This document shows, one piece after another, positions 38,370-52,769 of a stretch of 64,000 nt of DNA (position 1 is the stretch's first letter; each line of letters opens with the position of its first letter). The position numbers were made by a program, and so were the translations under genes. Source of the DNA: Octopus bimaculoides (Eukaryota); NCBI RefSeq assembly GCF_001194135.2, contig NC_069003.1:31510109-31574108 (forward strand), in the 5' to 3' direction. A model generated the notes under the pieces. It ran no database searches. It was not told where the DNA came from and saw only the letters and a list, made by a program, of their open reading frames with translations.

Positions 38370-38605
38370 AAGGCGGTGAGCTGGCAGAAACGTTAGCACA
38401 CCGGGCGAAATGCTTAGTGGTATTTCAGCTGTCTTTACGTTCTGAGTTCAAATTCCGCCGAGGTCGACTTTGCCTTTCAGCCTTTCAGGGTCGATAAATT
38501 AAGTACCAGTTACGCACTGGTGTCGATGTGATCGACTTAATCCCTTTGTCTGTCCTTGTTTGTCCCTTCTATGTTTAGCCCCCTTGTGGGCAATAAAGAA
38601 ATAAG
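38370..38605 (+). mobile_element. SINE family C (aaggcggtgagctggcagaaacgttagc...gttcaaattccgccgaggtcgactttgcc...)
   Basis: Full copy. Clusters at about 4935-5610 (-), 20630-21290 (+), 32865-33075 (+), 44390-45040 (+), 53280-53650 (-), 63214-63579 (-). Confidence 0.85.
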
Positions 38606-39853
38606 AAGTCTGCTTCCCGACCACATGGTTCTGAGTTCAGTCCCACTGCATGGCACCTTCGGTAAATGTTGATACTACAGCTCCAGGGCCGACCAAAGCC
38701 TTGTAAGTCTCTCACTACTGCTTGACAACTCATGTTGGTTTGTTTACATCTCTGTAACTGAGTGGTTTGGCAAAAAGAGACTGATAGAATAAATACCAGG
38801 ATTCAAAATAAGTACTTGGGCCAGAGCCTCATGGAGGCAAAGAGGTTGAGTTCCTTTCGAGCGTTAGGCCTCAAGGAAGCAATGTCTGACACTTTTGGCA
38901 TTATGTTGTGCTTGAGAAGAAGACCCATCAAGCTGAGCAAAATCGCAGTTGTGGCAGATACCAGTGTCATGCTGGTGGCACATAAAAACACCCTGGAGTC
39001 ACGCAAATGGCACCTGTGCCAGCAGCATGTGAAAGCAACCATTGCACTCTCAGAGTGGTTGGCATTAGGAAGGGCATCCATCCGTAGACAACCATGCCAA
39101 ATCAGACTGGAGTCTGGCGCAGCCTTCCAGCATGGAAACTGTCCAACCCATGCCAGCATGGACAATGGACATTAAATAATGATTATGATGATGAACTTTT
39201 CAAAGTGGTGCCCCAGCATGGTCGTACCCTGAAGACTGAAACAAGTAAAAAGAATGGTAAAAGCAAAAGATGTGGGTGCATGTCTTTGTGTTTGTTCCCC
39301 GTCACCAGTTGTCAACTGGTGCTGGTTTGTTTACATCCATGTAGCTTAGTAGTTTGGCACGAGAAGTACCAGGGTTGATTTGTTCGACTAAAACCCTAGC
39401 ATGGCCACAGTCAAATGACTGAAAGACAAAAGATACCAAATCTGTGTTATTGAGTAGAGAAGGATGGGTAAGAACCATGATGAAGATTAAGTATTGTTTA
39501 GTCCTAGATCAGCCCTGATCCAATAGGCTTAAAAGATCAAAGGTCTTCAGAGGATTAATGTTTGCAGTAGTAGTGGTGATGATGTTGCTTGGTCCCAGAT
39601 CAGCCCTGATCCAGTAAGCCTATCACCAAAGGTGTTTCCGCTGTTAACCATCCTATCTGTTAAGGTGAAGTGTACCTAGAGCAGCATTGTTGAAAATGTT
39701 CTCTTTTTCAGAAGCTCACTTTGCAGTCATGTGGTTTCAGGTTCAGTCCCGCTGCGTGGTACCTTCGGTAAGTGTTTCTATATAACCCCAGGTTGGCCAA
39801 TGCCTTGTGAGAGAATTCGGTAGACGGAAACTGTGAGAGCACCATATTTCATT

Positions 39854-39959
39854 CCATAACTACCATCTCTGAAGAGTGCAGGGTTACATAACTGGACTGT
39901 TACCTAACATTCTGTTGAGCCCCTTGTGCAAAACCAATTGGTAAGATCAGCCATAATGG
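39854..39959 (+). ncRNA. Hammerhead motif copy 4, G12 mutated to A, perfect palindromic stem III
   Basis: atct-CTGAAGA(39869-39875)-gtgcagggtt...cttgtgc-AAAA-CCAATTGG-TA|agat. Confidence 0.65.
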
Positions 39960-39974
39960 ATATATTATACTATA

Positions 39975-40022
<48 letters not shown>

Positions 40023-40784
40023 ATTGTATGCCTTTGTATTTGTCCCTTCCCCCACTGCTTGACAATCAATGTTTGTTTGCTCATGTCCCTGTAACTTAGT
40101 AGTTCAGTACAAGAGACCAATAGAATAAGTACTGAACTTAGAAAATAAATGCTGGGAGTAATTTCTTCAACTAAATCCTTCATGGTAGTACCCCAGTATG
40201 ACCATAGTTCAATGACTGAAACAAGTGGGACTGAACCCAGGACCATGTGGTTGAGAAGCAAACAAATGCTTAATAGGGTCCAGTTGAGTAAAATAGGAAT
40301 CATAAGGGTCGATAGGCAAAAAAATGGTTGAGAACCATTGTTGCAGTGTGTCCATCCCGTGATACCAGATATTGATCATTGTCTGTAGTACCCTGTTTTT
40401 TTTTTGTCGTGGCAGTAGTAGTAGTAGTAGTAGTAGAAGTGATGGTTGTGGTTGTGGTAGTGGAAATGGTCGTGTCAATAGTGCTGTAGGTGGTGGTGGT
40501 GGTGGTGGTGATGTCATGGTATGAATGTAGACCACTCTCCACTATCCTATTGAGTTGGCCAGTCAGTAAAACCTCTACTACCACCTTACTAAGATGACCG
40601 CTCTGTAAATCTCTACCACCACCACCACCACTCTACTAACCTCACCAGCTGCAGTTCTCTCAATAGCATTGAATCACTGTAAAAACCAACCGACGAAACA
40701 ATGCAAGTCAATACAACTAAACAGAAGTATATTACCTATAAATGTTACTATCTGCATAAAGCAAACAGCACAAGTTGAAGTTAA

Positions 40785-41120
40785 TAAAAGAGCCTCCATG
40801 TGGTCACTCAGCCTGTTAGAAATAGCAGCAAAATCTGCCTTAGATTAGGCCTTTAAAAAGTAACACATTGGATAAATTAGTCTCAGATATATTATGCCAA
40901 CATGTTGAAATTAAGGAAAGAGCCTTTATGTTGCTACTCAACCTGTTAGAAATACCAGCAAAATCTGCCTCAGATTAGACCTTTAAAAAGATAACACATT
41001 CAATAAATTTGTCCTAGATATATTATGCCAACAAATTAAAGCTACAAAAGAGCCTTTATGTAGTTACTCAACCTGTTAGAAATAGCAGTTGAATCTGTCT
41101 TAAATTAAACCTTTAAAAGG
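40785..41120. repeat. 130-bp tandem repeat x about 2.6, derived from family H
   Basis: aaagagcc anchors at about 40790, 40920 and 41050. Confidence 0.85.
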
Positions 41121-43599
41121 TCAATAAGTTAAGTACCAGTGAAACACTGGGGTCAATGTAATCGACTAGTCCCCTCCCCACCAAATTTCAGGACTTGTGC
41201 CGTTAGTAGACAGGATTATTGTTTAACCTCCTAGATACAACAACCAAATTTCCCTCTAATTACACTTAGGGTCAAATTAATAGTGTCTAGATTGGATAAT
41301 GTAGTCCTAAATACACAATATCTGAAATGGAAGTTGGGATGGTCATGGCTGGAATATCTTTGATCATGAATCTGATAAACTAAAGCTAAAGTTAAACAAC
41401 AACAACAACTGTGTGTCTCTTTTATATATCCTAATCCTCACCCTATTAAATATCTGATTATCTCCTAAATCCATGTGAACATCTGGATTATATTGTAAGA
41501 GCCACATTGATACCACATTGCCACTCAGATAAGTCAAACTATCCTACCTTAAGATTTTTGTTTGATTTTTGTTTTTAATATTATTTACCTCATCTTTAGA
41601 AATTCTTTTAGATTTTTTTTCCGTTTATTCTTTTATTTGTTTTAGTCATTTGACAGCGGCCATGCTGGAGCACCGCCTTTAGTCGAAGAAATCGACCCCA
41701 GGACTTATTCTTTGTAAGCCTAGTACAAACACAGACACAAACATATACATATATATATATAAACAATATATGAGTATATGCATATATATGTACATGTATG
41801 TACATACCTTCATCTACATGGACAAAATGATAAACAAGGTACAAAAAACAAGCAGGCCACATAGAGAACATATCCTTCATCAGCTGCCATCATTAAAACA
41901 CCGGCGTTTCGAAACACACACACAATCTAGTTGTAGATTTTTGTCATCTGGTACACACAGTAATGTTACCTCATCAATACCTGGATATAATTGTCTTAAA
42001 TCCTAGGACACTTATGGCTAGCTATCTGGTTTCTATGGCATACAAGCGACTGAAATCACAACAAGTGGTAGTTTCCAGTTTTCCATAGGGAAATATCACT
42101 TTGCTTAGAAACCAATGAGGGTTAGCAACAGAAAGAGCATCCAGCTGTAGGAAATCTGCTTCAAAGAATCCTATTGGATCCATGCAAACTTGGAAAACTA
42201 GATATTAAATGATTATGATGATGGTGGTAATTTAAATGCCTTACACAAAATATTTTGTATTTTCAGTGAATAGTTGTCTTCTTTTTTTTTTTTTCTTTTT
42301 AGTTGGGGGATAAGAAAGATTTAAGAATTTTTTTTTTTTTTCCCCATTAATTTGTTGTTCTCAAATCAATCGAGAAGATCATTGGCAACAGCTGAAGTGA
42401 GATAATGGTTTATTCAATAACAAAGCAATTAAGTAATATAGATCTTACGTCAACTAAAATACTGATTTAAAAAATAAAAAATAAAAAATTAACAAAACAA
42501 AACAAAATAAATAGATTGCCAAAGGTAATTTACTCAGAGATGCCATCTGTATGAAAAACGTAATAGTTAAGCTAGTCTTAGCCTATTTAATATGCAGAGT
42601 ATTAAATAGCTAGTTAGGCATACTTATGCGGTGAAGAAAAGATAACATTAACTAATGCTTTCTTTTCTTCACCACATAAGTATATGTCTAATACCATAAG
42701 TATATTTCTAATGAAGGTATTTAATACTTACTAGTTTAATTGCTTACATTAACGTAACTACTGATTTCAGGCTTCGGCACAAAGCCAAACAATTCATAAG
42801 AGAAGATCTGAGATAAATCTATCGTTTCAATCTTCTCTAATACACCACTGTGTTTTTATTTACAAAGGTTTCTTCCAACTCTTTACATTCTAAGTTCAAA
42901 TCCTGCCAAGGACAACTTTCCCTTGCATCCTTTCAGGGTCAATAAGATAAAATAAGAACTAGTTGGACACAGGGGTCGATGTAATCGACATGAACCGTCC
43001 CATCAAATTGCTGGCCTTTTGCCAAAATTTGCCAAAGGATTTCGAAAGGTTAAAAAGCAATGTTGGTCCCAGCAGATTTTGAACTCAAATTAACAACATT
43101 AAATCTTATAAGGTGGTTCTGTCATCCAACCTTTAAACCTTTTTGTTACCATATTCCTGCTGAAATACACTGCCTTTGAAACAAAGAATAATATGACTAT
43201 TAAAAAAAAAAACTCAAAGGTCCTTCTTGATAGGCATATAACCCAGTTTCTGGGATTCCATAGCCTATATATCCCACCCACCCACCCTNNNNNNNNNNNN
43301 NNNNNNNNNNNNNNNNNNNNNNNNNNNNNNNNNNNNNNNNNNNNNNNNNNNNNNNNNNNNNNNNNNNNNNNNNNNNNNNNNNNNNNNNNNNNNNNNNNNN
43401 NNNNNNNNNNNNNNNNNNNCAGACTAGAGCAATGTGAAATGAAGTGTTTTGCTCGAGAACATAATGCATTGCCTAGTCCAGCAATTGAAACCACAATCTC
43501 ACAATCATGAGTGCAATGCCATAACCACTAAACCATGCACCTTCTCAATACAAGTTACAATCAATTTGATCTTTGATCTGCTATAGGTGTCATATTTGT

Positions 43600-43987
43600 G
43601 GACACCAGCAAAGTGGCCAATGCCGATGCCAGTGTTGCACAACTAGTACCCATGCCGGTGAGACATAAAAAGAACCTTTCGAGGTTTGGATCTCATGGAG
43701 GCAGCAACTAATGACCAAGACCTTCGACAGCATGCTGTGCTTGAGAAGAAGACCCATCAAGCCATGTGACAGATACTGGTGTCGTGCAAATGGTATCCAT
43801 GCCATTGGCCTGTAAAAGCACCCATAACACTCTGTGGAGTGGTTGGCATTAGGAAGGACATCCAGCCATAGAAACCATACCAAATCAAATTGGAGTCTGG
43901 TGCAGCCCTTCAGCTTACCAGCCCTAGTAAAACTGTCCAACCCATGCCAGCATGGACAACAGATGCTAATGATGATGATGATGATGA
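43600..43987 (+). mobile_element. Retroposon family D ending in a (GAT)n tail (gagtggttggcattaggaagggcatcc...acccatgccagcatgga)
   Basis: Homologs at about 38840-39192 (+), 26628-26780 (+), 29735-29960 (-), 46275-46430 (-), 20111-20190 (+). Confidence 0.75.
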
Positions 43988-45041
43988 GACAGGATTTGAT
44001 CCAGCAATTTATTTCTAAAAGGCAATAAAGCTTCTTATCCTCTAGATTACATACACACAGATAAACTGCACATTGTTTGTCAGTGATAAAATAATGTTTG
44101 ATTCAACATCGCTGGAATTACTTTAGAACTTCCCAATGCTTCTATGTGCACAGACATATCCATTTATGTATATACATTTGCATGAAGTTGTGTAGTTATT
44201 AACAGAATGTCAGCTTCGTAAAAGACAAATGAGAAAAAAGGTTAACTCTGGAGCGAGCAGAAGAGACATTAAGTTAATCATATTAAAATGTGAAGCTTAC
44301 TGATATTCATTGTCTGCTGCTACTTTTGATGTAGAGTTTAAGGTCAGCTGTTGTAGAAACATCCTATTTGTTTCTATGGTATTTAGCAACAGTCCTTAAC
44401 ATTCTGATTTCAAACCCCACCAAAGTCAACTTGAAATAATTCTTCCAGGGTCGATAAAATTAAGTAATAGTCAATTACTGGTGATGATGATAATGATGAT
44501 GATACTAGGCTCTTCTCCCCAAAACTGCTGGCTCTGTGCCTGGATCGATAAAATAAAGTACCAGCCTGTTTATTTAATTAACCTCTCTCGCCAAATGAGA
44601 ATCGTTCTAGCATCAAACTAAATGCCTTATAGTATTTGTTCAAGCTCTTTACATTCTCAGATCAAATCCTGCCAACTATGTCTTTCATTCTTTCAGGGTG
44701 GATAAAATGAAGTCAAGTCAAATGCTGGGCTTGATGTAATTGACTTGTTGCTTTTCTCACAACTGCTGGTTTTGTGCCCAAGTTAGTAACCATTGTTGTT
44801 GTTGTTGTTGTTATTATGTAAGGTGGTGAACTGGCAGAATCATTAGCACACTGGGCTAAATACTTACTGGCATTTCTTCTGTCCTTATGTTCTGAGTTCA
44901 AATTCCACCAAGGTCAACTTTACCTTCCATCTTTTCTAGGTCAATAAAATAAGTACCAGTTGAGCACTGGGGTTGATGTAATCATCTATCTCCCTCCCCC
45001 AAATTTCATACCTTGTACCTATCATAGAAAGGATTATTATG

Positions 45042-45082
<41 letters not shown>

Positions 45083-46202
45083 TAGTGCATCAGCATGGCC
45101 GCAGCTCTGAGCTGAAACTACAGCAAAAAAAAGAAAAAATTATTTTATATATATATATATATATATATTTGTGTGTGTCTGTGTTTGTCCCTCCACCATT
45201 GCTTGACAACCGATGTTGGTGTGTTTAGGTCCCTGTAACTTAGCAGTTCAGCAAAAGAGACTGATAGAATAAGTACTAGGCTTACAAAGAATAAGTCCTG
45301 CAGTTGATTTGCTCTACTAAAAGCAGTGCCCCGGCATGGCCGCAGTCAAATGACTGAATGAAGTAAACCCATGCTAGCATGGAAAGCGGATGTTAAACGA
45401 TATATATATATATATATATANNNNNNNNNNNNNNNNNNNNNNNNNNNNNNNNNNNNNNNNNNNNNNNNNNNNNNNNNNNNNNNNNNNNNNNNNNNNNNNN
45501 NNNNNNNNNNNNNNNNNNNNNNNNNNNNNNNNNNNNNNNNNNNNNNNNNNNNNNNNNNNNNNNNNNNNNNNNNNNNNNNNNNNNNNNNNNNNNNNNNNNN
45601 NNNNNNNNNNNNNNNNNNNNNNNNNNNNNNNNNNNNNNNNNNNNNNNNNNNNNNNNNNNNNNNNNNNNNNNNNNNNNNNNNNNNNNNNNNNNNNNNNNNN
45701 NNNNNNNNNNNNNNNNNNNNTTTACAGTCCAGTGACTCAAACAGGTAACAAAAGATAAAAAGAAGAATCACAAGGTGAACTTGTTGAAAGAAAAAGAACA
45801 GCAAAAGGTGTGTATATTCTGACAAACATCTTTGAAAGAAGAATGGAAGGTACAATAGCAAGGCCTGTATCTACGTTTTATTGGTCATATAAAACATTGA
45901 ATACAATAAGCAATGGGAAAAAATCATTGAAATGTTAGAAGGTATCAGACCAGGGAGGAAGAAAGGACTAATATAGATCACTATAAACAGTAATCAGAAA
46001 AAAATGTAAGTGAAATAGGACGGTACGAGAATGGCTTGCTCGTGTGTTGACAAATGTATTTTCTCAACTGCTGTTAATTAATTATATTGATTGTTATTAC
46101 ATATGTTTCGTTAGGGAAGATTTTTCTTTTAAATTGAAATTAACTATATAAATAGAAATCTGTACATGTATGTCTGTATCTGTTGTGTGTGTGTGTGGAT
46201 AA

Positions 46203-46240
<38 letters not shown>

Positions 46241-46870
46241 GGAGAGAAAGAGAAAGCGTATGTGAGAATATATATATAATCATCATCATCGTTTAATGTC
46301 CATCTTCCATGCTGGTATATGCTGGATAGTTTGATAATAAGTTGGCAAGTCAGAGGACTGCGCCACGCTCCACTGACTACTACTTTGGCATGGTTTTTAC
46401 AGCAGGATGCCCTTCCTAACACCAGCCACTTTACAGATATATATATATATATAGGTGCAGGTGTGGCTCTGTGGTAAGAAGTTTGCTTCCCAACCATATG
46501 GTTCCGGGTTCAGTCCCACTGTGTGGCACCTTGGGCAAGTGTCTTCTCCTATAGCCTTGGGCCGACCAAAGCCTTGTGAGTGGATCTGGTAGACAGAAAC
46601 TGAAAGAAGCCCATTGTATGTATATATATATATATGTACATTTATGTGTATGTGTGTATGTATTTGTGTGTCTGTCTGTGTTTGTCCACCATCGCCTGTC
46701 AACTGATGTTGGTGTGTTTACATCCCCATAATTTAGCAGTTCAGCAAAAGTGACCGATAGAGTAAGTACTGCACTTACAAAAGAATAAGTCCTGGGGTCG
46801 ATTTGTTCGACTAAAGGCGGTGTTCCAGCATGGCCGCAGTCAAATGACTGAAACAAGTAAAAGACTAAAA

Positions 46871-46910
<40 letters not shown>

Positions 46911-49853
46911 NNNNNNNNNNNNNNNNNNNNNNNNNNNNNNNNNNNNNNNNNNNNNNNNNNNNNNNNNNNNNNNNNNNNNNNNNNNNNNNNNNNNNNNNNN
47001 NNNNNNNNNNNNNNNNNNNNNNNNNNNNNNNNNNNNNNNNNNNNNNNNNNNNNNNNNNNNNNNNNNNNNNNNNNNNNNNNNNNNNNNNNNNNNNNNNNNN
47101 NNNNNNATATATATATATATATATAGTAACAAGTGTAATTAAGATATATATAACTCTGGTGTTTAACATGCGAATCACTTCTTCAGGTATTCACCATTTC
47201 AGGAAACAGATATTCACTAAACTGTAAAGTGAGGAGCTTTTTCATGCCACCACTCTAGCTGAAAATCCACAAACTATTCACAGAGTATGTATAATATATA
47301 CACACACACATATCCATTTAGTATTAACTGTTGGAAGAAAAAAATACTCAATAACAAAGTAGACATTAATAATATAGTTTATTTTGGCTGAGTCAGTCTC
47401 TTGCTACTCTGAGTTTCACCTGTGGGTGCATGGGATATGCTTGAAGATCCTGTACACTTGCAGGTGAAACACAAAACTGCAAGAGAATGACTCCACGAAA
47501 ATATGTGTGTATACACACATGCAAACATATGATTTAACTAATTCAGTTTGTTAACAGAGAAGAAGGAAAATCTGGGTCGAACAGCAGTAATGTTAATTAC
47601 TTAACTCTATTAAAGAGATTAATTAGTGATGAGTAAGAGTATTGTAAATAGGTTAATAAAATGTTCACCACACAATGTCCATCCATAGATGTGCTACGTT
47701 AACTTTTGTTGACCCAGTTCACCTATCTACAAAACAAGTTGTTTGTTCAGCTCTAGGTCAACCTTGGCAGAAAAAAAAAAAATCTATAATCAGAGGGCTT
47801 ACCAGCCACGACCAAACTGTTTTTTTCTTTAGGGATTTCTGGAATTACATTATCTAGCATGTCTTTTGTTTGAAAGAGTAAAGTGTGATTCGAGGGAGAA
47901 TTAGCTGTTATTTCTAGCAGGCTGAGTAGAGGTTCCCTCGTTTATAAATAGATTTATAGAGATTATTGTGTTTTAGCCCCAGGCAGTTTTAACAAAACAA
48001 GTTTATGATAAAAAATATTCCAGTTATGACCATCCTGTTATACTTTTCAGACTGTCTTAGATCACATTATTGAGTGTGTGGGAGAGAGAGAGAGAGTGTG
48101 TGTTTTTAAGACAGTAGAGCATGAATTAAAGGACATTTAGCTATTGTCTCTAGGAGATCAAATGATCGTGTATAGGTACCATGATTAGGCACTGCTCATT
48201 GTTGTATTTTGTAGATATTGCAGTGCTGAGTTCAAATCCTACTGAAGTACAGCTCCCTGAAGCCAGCAATGCCAATCAGCTATCAATCGATATTTTTATT
48301 TTAAGAAATGCTAATCTATCAATTATAATCAATAAATTATTAATGGTAATTATCACTGGATAAATCGATAAATAGTTTCTGATGATTCAGCTAGATGTTT
48401 GCTGTGTGGAGTTTAAATGATACAGAAGTCCTGAAGTAGGCCACAGGAAACTATTCTGAGGACAAAACCAAGGTAAATAAGAGAAGTTCTTTGGGGTTGT
48501 GCATATTGTTAGAAATAGTAGCCAAATCTCCCTTAAATTTACATTCCACTATTTTGTTAAAAAAGATAAAAAGACACAAATTAGATGACATAGTCCTAGA
48601 TGAGTATTGGCAAAACCACTCCATGGGTGTAATGGGTGCTGTTTATGTGCCACCAGCATCGGCCATGATTGTGATTTCACTTGGCTTGATGGGTCTTCTC
48701 ATGCATGGCATATTACCAAAGGTCTCAGTCACTTACCATTGCCTCTGTGAGGCCCACTGTTCAAATGGTACTTTTTACATGCCACTGGCATGGGTCCCAG
48801 TTAAGCGGCACCAGAAATTCAATATGACACAGGTACTACTCATTTTTGCAGCAAAGTGTCTCGCTTAAGAACACAATGCGCTGCCAGGAATCGAACTCAT
48901 GACCTAATGATCGTGAGCCAAATACCTCTAACCATTAAGCCACACACCTAAGTGAAGTTAACAGATTTTATGTTTCTGAATGGCTAATATATATCTTCCA
49001 TGCTACTATCATTTTAGTTTCAACACACGGTTTTAGGTTAAACAACTTGCCTGGCAAGTACAGCTCTGAAAACCTTATCTATAAACATTCACCTAAATTA
49101 TTAAAGAAATTCCAATTCTGATACCAAATAATAGATGTTTTAAGTGAAGTCAACAGTCAATGTGTGTTTCTGAATGGCTAACAGGCATCTTCCATACTGC
49201 AATCGTTTTAGCTTCAACACATGGTCTCAGATCAAATTAGTTGCCTGGCACATACACCTCCAAAAAAACCTATCTGTAAACATTTACCGCTACCCTAACC
49301 ACTGGGCCATTGCGCCTCCACTCTATTGAGAGTACAATAACATTAAAGTACACATGGATCTGACTTATGACTGAGCTGAACAAGCTGAAACAAGGCACAG
49401 ATAAAAACAAACAAAACAAAGAAAAAAAAAACAGCTATATAGTTTTCACACTGAATTCCAACCAACCAACCAATCACCATGAGCTAATGAGCGAGCATTT
49501 ACATAATTGCTCAAGCTGCTAGAAATAGCAGTGGACTCCTAAATAGTTAAAAAGAAAGATGTGCCGGTTATGGTTGAATGCCTTTGACTATATGTGTATG
49601 TGTTCAGCAACCAAGAAGTGTACTACCTTTTTTATTTTATCTTTTATCTTTTTACTTGTTTTAGTCATTCGACTGCGGCCACGCTGGGGCATTGACTCGA
49701 AGAATTTTTAGTCAAATGAATTGACCACAGCACTAATTTTTTTTTTAAGCCTTGTACTTATTCAGTCAGCCTCTTTTGCCAAACCACTAGGTTACGGGAT
49801 GTAAACACACCAACACCAGTTGTCAAGCAGTGGTGGGGGACAAACACAAAGGT

Positions 49854-49889
<36 letters not shown>

Positions 49890-51150
49890 TAGGCTCTTTT
49901 TAATTTCTATCTACGAAATCTGCTCATGAGGTTTTGGTCAGCCTGAGGTTATAGAAGAAGACACTTGCCTACGATCCCACACAGAGGGACTGAACTTGGA
50001 CCGGAACCATGTGGTTTAGGAAGCAAGCCATGCCTGAACTCTGTGTGTGTGTGTGTGTATTGAGGAAAGATGCAAGAGAACACATGTACATTTCTGTGGA
50101 TGTTTGACATAGTGAACAGCTGATACAAAATCATTTCAGATGTCAGTGATCTATCAATATTGATTTTCTTACTTTTGAAAGTTCACAGGTATTTACAGTA
50201 TATACTGTTTTTGTCTGTGTATATGTGAGTGTGTAATTATACATGCATAAGTGCACACACACACAATAAATATGAAATAAAAATTAGCTACCTTATGTAC
50301 TTAATCTAATCATTTATTAGGCTTATTTAGCAAGTCTGGCATTTCCAAAAAAAAAAAATAGATAATAATAATAATTTTTAATCCCCTATTTTGCATTAGC
50401 CTTTTTCCCAATCTACATTTTTTTTTATAGAGGATAGAAATTGCATCAGACCAAGCCTTTCTGCAATACTTGAGACACAAGAAGTAACTTTAAAAAATAA
50501 TGAAGCAATATGATTTTACCACAAACCACTTAACTTTCATCGATTTCATCAGCCAAATATATTATTCATATATACAAAATAATTGACATCGTTGCTATGT
50601 CATAAATTTTTAGTTATTCATTAATGTAGCCAACTTATAATTTTATAATTACCATTAAATGGTAATTTAATAACATTTCCAATAGAAACACTGTCTTTAT
50701 ATCAACACAGTTTGAAAACCACCAAACTCAGAGATAGTTAGACATAAACATCCACATACATATATATACCTAAACATACACACACACACATATATATATC
50801 CTATTTTTACTGCCACTTTTTCCCTGTACACTTTCTCGTTCTGCCAATGGTAGCCCCAACTACTTTTTTTTTGTCTCCCATTATTTCCTACCCCATGTAC
50901 CTTTGACTTTGTCTCTAGCACTGTGTATCTCCCAGACCACATGTATTCCACATCACTTGTGTTACCTTCTACTACATCCACTACCCCCACAATCTGATAT
51001 TCATCATTGACCATGCTACCACCCATGTTTACCATTCGTTTCATTCACATCTCTCCATCTACAACTTACCTTTCACAAACTAACCAACCCATTTATCTTG
51101 TCCAATCCTTATAAAGCTATCACTGGACGTATAAGAATAATAAATACGTA

Positions 51151-51199
<49 letters not shown>

Positions 51200-52151
51200 G
51201 TATGTATGCATGCACACCCACACACATGTATAGTTTGAAAGTAACTTGTAACTTCAAATTTGACATTAATCTTGCAATGAAATTTGAGGAAAGAGACAGG
51301 AACTTCTTAAAATGAATATTGAGATAAATAAAACAAGAAAGCACTAGATTGGATAAGTGTGGAAAGAAAAACAAGTTAATGAATAATGTGATTGAATGCA
51401 TATGCAAAGATGAAATTAACTAATTAAAACCAAATGGATAAAAACATATAAATAATGACATAATTAAATCATATTAATCACAGGTGTGTGTGTGTTAATA
51501 TATATACTGTAATGCTTCGATATACGAGTTAATTTGTTTCTGGAGACCACTCTTAAAGCTGAGCAACAATTTCCCATAGTAGCAATGTTATAAATTGTAA
51601 TTCATTCCCAGAAAAATATTTTACCTATAAAATTTATGATACTCGTAAATAAATGGCACATTCCTTTGTTAACGCGCCTAAGTGTGTTACCTTTACACCA
51701 ACGAATCAGCCTCCCCATTTCTGTCAAATTTAAGAAGTATTATAGTGCGTGCTTGTTTTTATGTAAACAAACTTCCTATATACTTTCAGTGCAAATGTTT
51801 TTTTTTTATACAGTGCCGAGTTTACTATCATGTAAATAATAATAATAATGGTATTTTTATAGAAGCTTAAAGCTTATGGCGATCACCGTGCAATGACTAA
51901 AGTAAATAGTCTAATAAAGGGGCATATAAACCCTCAACAGAATTATATACATATATATATATATGTATATATGTATATGTATCAAAACAGATGGCTGGAA
52001 AAATTTGATACATTTTGGGAATTAAACCAAATAAACCAAATTTTTCCAGTCTTCTGTTTGGTCATGTAATTGCTCTGCAAATAGAATTCACCAAAATTTC
52101 CATTTAACTCATATATCGGGGCATTACTGTATATATATATTAATACACACA

Positions 52152-52189
<38 letters not shown>

Positions 52190-52769
52190 TGTACACATAT
52201 ATCGTTTAAGATAAACCATCTATGTACATAGATTAATAGATTGCTGTGAACATACACTTGTGCCTCACAAGGACACAGCTTAGATACACAAATACAGCCC
52301 TTTATACAAATACACACACACACACACATGTATGTATGTATGCATATGTGTATGTGAATTTAGCTCTTTTATTATTGTTACAGTCAGCTTGAGGCTTAAG
52401 TTATTGGTGCATGAAAAAAAACTGTGATAAGTGTGCAAAGGAGAAACATATGGAAGAGGTAACATTTCAAAATAAAACTCCCTGCAGACTGCGATGGTCA
52501 ATAAAACAGAAACAGAATTTAAAACTTTATTCTTTCTGTGTGACTTGGTACCAAATGATCCATAGCCCAAAACAGATCAGTGGTCCGGTAGTTGGGGACC
52601 TCTGTTGTATAGGACCCCCAAAATTAGTGGGAGAGAAGAAAGGACCCAAATACACACAAATGACTTGTCTAAATGCTTGTAATAGAACGGATCAATTACA
52701 GGTACACAAGGCCCAGCTAGGAGTGTTAAACATGATGGTGGAGAATGTCTAGAAATTCAAGTTGTTGTT

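Noticed and set aside
50697-51044. 115-aa minus-strand ORF vaguely like a LINE RT C-terminus
   Set aside because: Similarity too weak to call by eye.
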